DNA of 64,000 nucleotides from positions 10,168,001 to 10,232,000 of the forward strand of contig OX597834.1 in NCBI GenBank assembly GCA_951406725.2, in the 5' to 3' direction. A model generated the notes under the pieces. That model was not told the DNA's origin and made no database searches. It saw only the letters and a program-made list of their open reading frames with translations. The DNA is from Octopus vulgaris (Eukaryota). Shown here piece after piece: positions 54,681 through 64,000 of this stretch; within the stretch, counting starts at the first letter, position 1; every line of letters starts with the position of its first letter. The translations under genes and the position numbers were made by a program.

Positions 54681-54764
54681 ATGTCAAATCTGCCGTTCGT
54701 CCTTTTCCAAATAAATTCGCAATGACCACGTCTGGAGAGGTGCTGCCTCTGCCTAAACAGACTT

Positions 54765-54817
<53 letters not shown>

Positions 54818-55225
54818 ATTACAGATATAGGGTGAAATATAATTAATTTAATAAAATCAACAAATTTCACCAAGTAGTATTTCAGTATGGAAAAGGACCA
54901 TATTCGGTAAAAATTTATATAATTATAATAAGTTTGTTTTTGCAACAAGTTGCTTAAACCACATACCGAAAGTTTTAGAAATAGCAGCCAAAAGACTACT
55001 ATTTCCTTTTAAAACTCACATATATATAAATTAGAAAAAAACACCCTTTATCAATTCAAAATAAAAAATTAAATTACACCATCTAGAAAATTACATATAA
55101 TAGAAATATTAAAATAATAATAATATACCGTATCTATATTTTTTATTATTTTGCAATTTACTTAATCATCTGTATATTATTGTAATTTTTCCCTGTAAGT
55201 TAGGAATAATATTCCCTCAAATAAT

Positions 55226-55274
<49 letters not shown>

Positions 55275-55489
55275 TACATACACAAACAAACGCATACATA
55301 CAGTCAATTTCATATCAAAACACACATACATATAGTTGGAAGCGAATCCGTTCTGAGTGCAACTGTCACAACGTTGGATGCTTCTTTCGTATTACCATGG
55401 AAACTTTTCTAAATAACAGCAGCTGCTACCAACGGGGATGCATGTTAGTCCCAGAGTTTTGTAAAGTCTATTAGATCCCATATTCTAGC

Positions 55490-55838
55490 TACTTTTCGAT
55501 AAACAGGTTTGATAATGTGATAATCCGTTGATCTAGCAAGCAGGGCCTCATTTCAGTGAAGGGGGAACCAGTGCGCATTGATGCCATCGAGGGGTACACC
55601 CCGAAACGGCGCGCATTCTCTCTTGATGACCCCATACACTTGCTGGTTTCCGGGATGCGGAGTTTTCTCGACTGGTAGCACCTGCACGTGCAAGATGTTT
55701 GCAAGAGAACTACGTGGGAACAGCAGCAATCACTCGAGCCGCCATCAAACATCTCTGTCGCTATTGCTTGGTAAAGAAGCGACCGATGCCCCAAGGCGTC
55801 TACGAGCACGTTTGCAATTAGAAACTCCAGCTTATTAA
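55490..55838 (+). mobile_element. Highly decayed GC-rich retroelement fragment, possibly the same CRE-like region as 28235
   Basis: Frameshifted pieces FDNVIIR*SSKQGLISVKGEPVRID, TPY...STCT..FA and LRARLQLE loosely follow the LNDII.R.L..AG.....EP....DG.RPDG...PW...WD.TC.DT.A order. Confidence 0.3.
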
Positions 55839-56708
55839 GCCTTCATTTTTCAATGTGGCCTAGTGGTCAGGTTATTCGGCTCGGGATCGTAAGGTTAGTA
55901 GTTCGATTCCTGGTGCTGCGCTGTGTCTTTCATCAAGATACTTTATTCCAAGTTGCACTAGTCAACGCAGCTGTCAAAAATGAGTATTACCAGAACTTCA
56001 AAAGGCTAGTCTTGTCACGTTCAGTCAAGCCGAATTTCCCTCAGAACCTCATTAAGGGTATTCGTTAATTTCACGTTAAATACACGTTAATTTCATGAGG
56101 ACGGGATTCCGTTGATGTGATCAACTGAAACACGTGTCGTTATAATTGACGGGTGTTCCAGTTATTTTCAACTACTCCCATTCCCTACGTGATATTTCCC
56201 CATAATGTGTTTTTCAAGGAATTCCAGAAATGCACCCGTTTTGCGCACAGAATTCCTCCTGGTGGAACAACTTTGGCTTAGACGCCCAGAAGCTCATAAA
56301 TCTCAGCTTTTTTTCATTAGAATATACTACCCTTAGACAGATATTCTAATAAGAGAAATGAGTCCCCCAATCCCTGGTGGTGTTGGTCGTACAAGTTGAT
56401 CATCACTCGTATGTCTATGTGACAACCCAACTGCGAGTCTAGGACATTTACTCCCGATGGACAATAACCTCACAAGGACATTCACCGCTGAGGACAACAT
56501 ATGATGATTGATGCTTCTTAATATATTGGAGAGGAGGTAATTAACTAAAGGGTATAATTGTCCTAGGGAGTAGTTGTCGTCAGTGGGAATTGTTCTTGGA
56601 GAGGGGGTTGTAATTGTCCTAATACAAATAGATCACATATATCGGTTTTTCTTGATGGGTTTCTTGTAACACTCTACACTAAACAATGAGGATAAATGTC
56701 CAACTTAG

Positions 56709-57126
56709 AAGGCGGCGAGCTGGCAGAAGCGTTAGCAGGCCGGGCGAAATGCTTTGCGGTATTTCGTCTGCTGTTACGTTCTGATTTCAAATTCTGCCGC
56801 AGTGACTTTGCCTTTCATCCTTTCGGGGTCGAATAAATAAGAACCAGTTACGCACTGGGGTCGATATAATCGACTTAATCCGTTCGTCTATCCTTGTTTG
56901 CCCCCTCTGTCTTTGTACCCTTGTGGGTGGTAAAGAAATAGGTATTTCGTCTGCCGCTACGTTCTGAGTTCAAATTCTGCCGAGGTCGACTTTGCCTTTC
57001 ATCCTTTCGGGGTCGAATAAATAAGTACCAGTTACGCACTGGGGTCGATATAATCGACTTAATCCGTTTGTCTCTCCTTGTTTGTCCCCTCTGTGTTTAG
57101 CCCCTTGTGGGTAGTAAAGATATAAG
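56709..57126 (+). mobile_element. SINE family B dimer inside a single TSD
   Basis: One head and two bodies joined at aaagaaatag|gtatttcg; flanked by atgtccaacttag (56696-56708) and atgtcccacttag (57127-57139). Confidence 0.88.
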
Positions 57127-58199
57127 ATGTCCCACTTAGTTGCCGACGAGCCAAACAAACAACAGAATGAACCTGGACTGCATATTACCAATAACATTTC
57201 AAGAACGACCGACCATATGTGTTTGTATCTTTGCTTGTGTGTGTGTGTGTGTGTCTGTACATACTTACATGTATGCATTTTGAACGTAATCTGCTTTGGC
57301 AACACATGAAATGAAACAACACTAATGGCCCCGATTATCAAAAGTCATTAAAAATGCAGGTAAATATATCTTGATTTGACAATCCCTGCTATAATACGAA
57401 CGTAAACTATCCGGGAAAGAATAAGAGGCGGAAATTCTGTATCAAAACCTAGGCTAATTGAAGAACTAATGAACTATGACGGACAAAAGAAAGAGTTTGC
57501 AAAGAAGCCGACATCTTGTCGAATATACTTTAAGAAGCTACAACAAAATGAGTGCTTTCCACTGGTCTGCCGAGACTAAAACAAAATCTATATAGATTTT
57601 ACTAGTAATTATTAAATTTGCTTTATTTTACAACATATATTATTATAGAGTATATTATCAGGTATTAGGTTATTAGATGTATACTAGTAATTATTGGGCA
57701 AGTTCTTTATGCCACAATTCACATATTAAGAAGCTGAGCTTTACCAAACCACACGGTTAATTAAGAGACTTCAATTACAAGCCATTCATTGACTTGAAAA
57801 TACGTAAAACATTCGAGAAATTTGGTTTCCAACATCTGCATATGCACATGCATAGGTGTAACCAGGTATAAACACATGCGTATGTGAAAATGTACATACC
57901 TGTGCAGATAGATATTCATATACATGCATCTATCGAGATATATGTATGCTTATAATCATGTGTGTGTGTGTGGTGGGGGGGTGTTTCTGTGTGTTTGAGG
58001 GGGTCTACAGGACAATGAATGGCATCTAAATTCGCATGCAGAAGTTGTATTCTATTTGGCAATGAGGCGTTATCGGTATTGCTGAGGTGTTCTGGAAAGA
58101 TAGACTAAAAGTATATGCAGAAATACTGCGCACGTACATAAGAAGCATACATTCATGCATATGTACATAAACACACATACATCCATACATACATGCAAA

Positions 58200-58236
<37 letters not shown>

Positions 58237-58373
58237 CTCGCGTATATGTGTGTATGTATATATATATACACGCATATATGTATATATATGTACAAATATA
58301 TATTTATATAAATGTATATGTATATACGCACACATACATATATATATTTATATATATGTATACACACACACAC

Positions 58374-58410
<37 letters not shown>

Positions 58411-58894
58411 CACATGTATATGTTCGTTTGCATGTATGGATATATGTGTGTTTACGTACGTAGGCATGAATGCATGTATGTATATGAGTGTATGTATAAC
58501 ATGAGTGTGCGCATATTTGTAAGTGTGTATGCATGTACGTATATTTGTCATGCAGAAAATCACTTCACGTAAGTTGGTAGTGAAATAAAGAAGATCATAA
58601 AGACAATTACGAACTACTAAAAGCGAGTAACGAGGAAAGTATCTTCTTATGTTTCAACGTCGTTGGAACATCAGAAAAGTACTCTAATTATTTACTTTTG
58701 ACAATATAACAACTGATTTTAATTTTTACTGAGATGGACGTTGCTTTTCATTACTCTCGTAGATAAATAAGTAGCAATATCTGAAATCTATTCAATCAAC
58801 TACACATTCACGTCAACCAATATTGGCCTTGTACTTATCAAAATTTAATCAATAAGTTCATAGTCTCGTCATTGATATATAATTTATTCTATTA

Positions 58895-58927
58895 ATCTAT
58901 CTATCGATCTGTCTATCTATCTGTTCG

Positions 58928-58958
<31 letters not shown>

Positions 58959-59225
58959 GTCTCTCTGTCTGTCAATCAACCTACCTATCTATCTATCAAT
59001 CTACCTATCTATCAATCTACATATCAATCTACCTATCTATCGATTCGTCTGTCTATCTGATAATCTATCTATCTATCTATATATCTATCTATTTATCTGT
59101 CTATCTATCTATCCATCTGTCTATCCGTCTGTGTTCAGCCCTGTATTGCTAATGAAGAAACATATCTATCCATCTGTCTATCTGTCTCTCTGTCTGTATG
59201 TCTGTCTGTTTGTATAACTATCTAT
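58895..59225. repeat. (TCTA)n/(TCTG)n microsatellite
   Basis: Directly visible. Confidence 0.92.
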
Positions 59226-60383
59226 CGTCTTTTTACTTATGTGCGTTTACATATCTTTATCTGTCTAAATATATATTAATTTATCTGTCATACACACACA
59301 CAAACGCTCATATATTTGCGTGTGTATGCGTGCGACTGTGCTTGTACATATTCATACATATATGCTTACATATCCGTGCATATATACGAATAGATTATAC
59401 GTACATATACACATATATACGTGTGTGTATATATGAATGTATGTATGTATTACCTCTTTTGCTGCCTTTCTTCTAATTTGAAGGTTGTTAATCTATCATT
59501 TGAAAGCCAAAAGACAGTTAGCTATGTCAAAGTTTTAAAATCTTCTGAAGTGGAGAACGAGACAAAGTTATAAACAGTGAAGAAGCCGGAAAATCTGAAA
59601 TACAGCAAAGAGAAAAAGAGAAAAATATCTTGCTCAAAATATCAATGAGATCAAATATTTACTAATAATATCAAATTAATTGAGACGAAAATCTGCTTCA
59701 TGAAATTTAATCAGTCATTTATGAACAAAATGCAAAGGCAAATAATTAATAAAGAAGAGAAAATGGATTGGCAGAAAGCAACATTGTGTTCGGAAACTTG
59801 AGAGGTTGAAAATAAAAAAAAAAAAATACTACTCTCAAAATAATTGAATTTATTTGGTATCTGTATTTACGAATTTTTAATTCGTTTATTCCAATTCGTT
59901 ATTAAAAAAGAATTATCCAAGCATACAACGTACGGACACTGAAACGAATATGTTCTGTTATACAGAAATCTACTACCATGTATATACAAACACCGTTTCA
60001 CTCTGTCTTTTACATTCACACAATCTCGCATTGAAATTATCTTATGTACGCTTATACAAACTCATACACCCACGACAAATACATTTATGAAGATATTATG
60101 CATTTGCTTATTAATCATAGTTTTCAAATATAACTTTCAACTTATTTCCAAGAAGATTATCGTAAATAAAGTCTATATTTGTGATATTTAACTTAAAAAG
60201 TAATTGATTTATATCTATACAAAAGCGTGTACGATTAGTAAGAAGTCTCTCGCTACGATTGGAAGTTCTCTGACACAAAGAAGATATTATATGTTATATA
60301 TTCTCCATCAACTAAAACTGCAATAAGGTTTCGTTTCCTAGTTGTAGCTATTTGCTTGTATTAGTGTTAACTAATCTACTATA

Positions 60384-60777
60384 GGCGTAAGAGTGGCTGT
60401 GTGGTAAGTAGCTTGTTAACTGCGTGGAACCTTGGGCAAGTGTCTTCTACTATAGCCTCGGGCCGGCCAAATCCTTCTGAGTGGATTTTGTAAACGGAAA
60501 TTGATAGAAGCCCGTTGTGTATATGTATGTATATATATACATATATATATATATGTACATATATATATATATCTGTGTGTGTGTATGTTCCCCCCCCCCC
60601 AACATCGCTTGACAACCGATGCTGGTGTGTTTACGCCCCCGTAACGTAGCGGTTTGGCAAAAAAGACCAATAGAATAAGTACTAGGCTTACAAAGAATAA
60701 GTCGTGGGGTCGACCAAAGGCGGTGCTTCAGCATGGCCACACTCAAACAGTCAAATGATTGAAACAAGTAAAAGAGT
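60384..60777 (+). mobile_element. SINE family A with small internal deletions
   Basis: Consensus match. Confidence 0.85.
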
Positions 60778-60828
60778 GTTATTGAATAAATAAATAACTA
60801 CGACTAATGTATATATATATGTATATAT

Positions 60829-60957
60829 AGGGAAAGTTTACGAAAAAAACAAAAATACGAAGACAGGTGGTGTACAAAACAAACTGATGTATTAGTATAA
60901 CGCTCAGGAATAGAAAAAGTCTTTTATGTTTCGAGTCTACGCTCTTCTACAGAAAGG
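60829..60957 (-). mobile_element. Penelope-like remnant D1
   Basis: Reverse complement of 20295-20425, including the CTGTAGA...GAAAC motif at 60921-60956. Confidence 0.6.
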
Positions 60958-61310
60958 TTGCATAAAAAAAAATAGAGTTCTATATAGAGTTCTATTCTAT
61001 GTATATTATTATGCAGATATATTACTGTCTACTGGCCCTACCTTATGTTCTATACTTTCCTTGATCACTCATTTTTTCTCTCCTTTTGTATCTGAGAAGA
61101 CATTCTTCTAGCCTGTCGTTACCATATGGAAACAAAGATAAAAAAATGTGACGAATCTTAGAATCAAGAGTTTAAGGCATTATTGCTTTCATTATAACTC
61201 GGTATTCTTTCAACCAAAATTGTAGAATTTTCATGATGGAGATATGAGGAGCAAAATGTAACTGTTTGACCTTAATTTTACGATAGTGAAAAATATATTA
61301 AATATATATA

Positions 61311-61722
61311 GGCGCAGGAGTGGCTGTGTGGTAAGTAGCTTGCTTACCAACCACATGGTTCCGGGTTCAGTCCCACTGCGTGGCATCTTGGGCAAGTGTC
61401 TTCTGCTATAGCCCCGGGCCGACCAATGCCTTGTGAGTGGATTTGGTAGAAGGAAACTGAAAGAAGCATGACGTATATATGTATATATGTGTATATGTAT
61501 GTGTGTATGTGTTTGTGTGTGTGTTTGTCCTCCTAGCATTGCTTGACAACCGATCCTGGTGTGTTTACGTCCCCGGCACTTAGCGGTTCGGCAAAAGAGA
61601 CCGATAGAATAAGTACTGGGCTTACAAAGAATAAGTCCTGGGGTCGATTTGCTCGACTAAAGGCGGTGCTCCAGCATGGCCACAGTCAAATGACAAAAGA
61701 GTAAAAGAGAAAGAGTAAAGAG
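61311..61722 (+). mobile_element. SINE family A, full length
   Basis: Consensus match. Confidence 0.92.
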
Positions 61723-62630
61723 TATATATCAAAGTCCAAGTATCTGATTCACTATAATTCCGCTATAATTTACTGCAAAAGTTAAAACATTTATAATTAG
61801 AAATTTTGCTTTTTGAAACATGAATATTATGAATTAAACTTATGATTATTAACGGCGGTGCACCAGCATGGCCGGAACGCTGCGCTGAATCTACAGAAAA
61901 CAAAAAAAAGCAGTAACGTATCTTAATGAAAAAGTGTACAATCAATTTTACCCTCCATCATTTCAAGGATGGTGAACAAATACCTGTCAACATTTGGGAG
62001 CAAAACCTCCACTCTCTATATCTTTTTTCACTTCCATCTTGCATCTTAATTTCTGTGAAAGATATTATCTCGTTTGGGAGTTACAGAGAGCGATAATCAC
62101 AAAAATAAAACAAAAATTAAAACAATAAGACTTGTAATATGGTGTATGGCGCCCCTCCAAATTAATCAGTAGCTGAGGGCCTAATGGAGACCAATTTCAA
62201 GTTTCGGAACAGACATATTACGTGGTACGATGGCGCTCCTAGGCGCTTAGGTGCTAAGTGTATGCATTTATAACAACGGATGATTCTAATTTTCTTTCTA
62301 GCCCAACTCGTTTTATCAGTGTTGTAAATGCAATGGAATATTTTTAATACTCAGATTGATATCAGAATCAAGGAAACCATCCTTGAAGATAGATATACTA
62401 AGAAATACGTATGTCTGAATAGATGTGTGTATATATATATATGCGTCCGTGTTTGTATGTGCATGTGTTTCTGCGTATGTTTGTGTCTTACGTATATACG
62501 TACACATACAAACACACATAGATAAATGTATGAATGAATCTATGTACATATATACATCACCATTACCGTTTCTGGGGCGGCAAGGAATACAAAAGCAGAC
62601 AAATGAAAGTGCAAATAGAAATTGAATGCA

Positions 62631-62778
62631 TTGCTAACCAACCACATAGTTCCGGGTTCAGTCCCACTGCCTGGCATCTTGGGCAAGTGTCTTCTGCTAT
62701 AGCCCCGGGCCGACCAAAGCCTTGTGAGTGGATTTGGTAGACGGAAACTGAAAGAAGCCTGTCTTGTATATGTATGTG

Positions 62779-62819
<41 letters not shown>

Positions 62820-63038
62820 GTGTGTGTCTGTGTTTGTCCCCCTAGCATTGCTTGACAACCGATGCTGGTGTGTTTATGTCCCCGTGAATTTAGCGGTTCG
62901 GCAAAAGAGACCGATAGAATAAGTACTAGGCTTACAAAGAATAAGTTCTGGGGTCGATTTGCTCGACTAAAGGCGGTGCTCCAGCATGGCCGCAGTCAAA
63001 TGACTGAAACAAGTAAAAGACTAAGAGAGTAAAAGAGT
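62631..63038 (+). mobile_element. SINE family A, slightly 5'-truncated
   Basis: Consensus match; begins at ttgctaaccaaccac. Confidence 0.9.
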
Positions 63039-63297
63039 ATATACAACTCCATTACCGTTTCTTGGGCGGCAAGATATACAAAAGCAGATAAACAAACCGT
63101 TGTACAAATAAATATTGTATGCATTGTGTATAGATGTATGGCTTTGTACTTGAGTGATTTTTCATATCATTGTCTTCAAAAAAAAAAAAAATAATAATAA
63201 TATAATAAAATAGAATAAAAAAAGAAAAATCGATAAAGCGTTTGAAATTCCTATTAAAATTCCAAACTTTTCGTTTGTTTTTTTTTTGTTTTTGCAG

Positions 63298-63479
63298 GAC
63301 TGGTTCGCCTTCAGGAAGTCCTGAACGCTGCGAGCAAATACGACTTTCAAATAACGGTACGAAAATTACAATTACGAGACGGAAAATATATTTCGCAATT
63401 AAAGGAAATCCAACAACACGGCGAAACTCGAATCATTGTTGACTGCAACAATAATACAATCTACAATTTGTTGAAGCAG
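63298..63479 (+). CDS. GRIK2-like: Next coding exon (182 nt, phase 1-0) of the same kainate-type glutamate receptor; missed by the ORF track
   Basis: Polypyrimidine acceptor tttttttgtttttgcag| at 63297 and donor CAG|gtgagg at 63480. In frame with the previous exon (G+GA=Gly): GLVRLQEVLNAASKYDFQITVRKLQLRDGKYISQLKEIQQHGETRIIVDCNNNTIYNLLKQ, matching GluK GLIRLQELI...Y...L.IRQL......LLKEMK...E..VI.DC......ILKQ. Confidence 0.93.
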
Positions 63480-63770
63480 GTGAGGAAGAGAAATATTTCT
63501 AAGATATGATCTATGAATTTCAATATATTCAATAAAACTGTAGTAAAAAAAAAAAAAGAAAAGAAAAAAACAGTATTGCACAATTTGAAAGTGAACATAC
63601 AATTTTAACAATACACTGAAGAATATAACATTTTCGAGCGACATTCCAATTAATTATTTTCACTTTAAATAACAGCACAGAAAAATAGAATAATTGCAAT
63701 TTCCTTACGTGCATTCCAACACACACACACACACACAAGAAACAAACGCCTACACACACCTATCTATCTA

Positions 63771-63809
<39 letters not shown>

Positions 63810-63814
<5 letters not shown>

Positions 63815-64000
63815 TTTGAGGGAATAAAATCCAACTTTACGAGGAAAAAGAAGTCAATTTAGAAATACTAAATCAAATTCCACACAATATAATATATATA
63901 AAATATTAGAAAAAAACCCACCTTTTATCAATTCAAAATGAATAATTAAATTACACCATCAAGAAAATTATATATAATAGAAAAGTTAAAATTAAAATAA
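63810..64000 (+). repeat. AT-rich dispersed repeat starting at (TA)n; related to about 55025-55120 (+) and 55186-55230 (-)
   Basis: Shared attagaaaaaaac...tttatcaattcaaaat...aattaaattacaccatc.agaaaatta and ataattatttgagggaata. Confidence 0.7.

Overview
This is an AT-rich, microsatellite-dense eukaryotic genomic window. It is most likely from an octopus (coleoid cephalopod), inferred from the tRNA-derived SINE families and the extreme (TA)n/(CA)n load. The only host gene I can support is a + strand ionotropic glutamate receptor of the kainate type. Two amino-terminal-domain exons are visible (27704-27961 and 63298-63479), joined in frame across a 35.3-kb intron, so essentially the whole window is probably intronic. 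The rest is a dense mix of mobile elements: at least three tRNA-derived SINE groups (with tandem concatemers, module swapping and nesting), 3' fragments of RTE/BovB-type and probable CRE-clade LINEs, a mariner derivative with long inverted arms, pogo-like and piggyBac-like MITEs and a non-autonomous Helitron. Several Penelope-like retroelement remnants sit in (TA)n tracts and carry minimal hammerhead-ribozyme motifs. The most notable observations are these ribozyme motifs (one with an intact core), a perfect 60-bp inverted repeat whose arms lie 1.9 kb apart in non-SINE intron sequence, and SINE multimers that share a junction across separate loci. Nearly all long ORFs in the supplied track are microsatellite or SINE artefacts. 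All coordinates were read by eye, so repeat boundaries are approximate.
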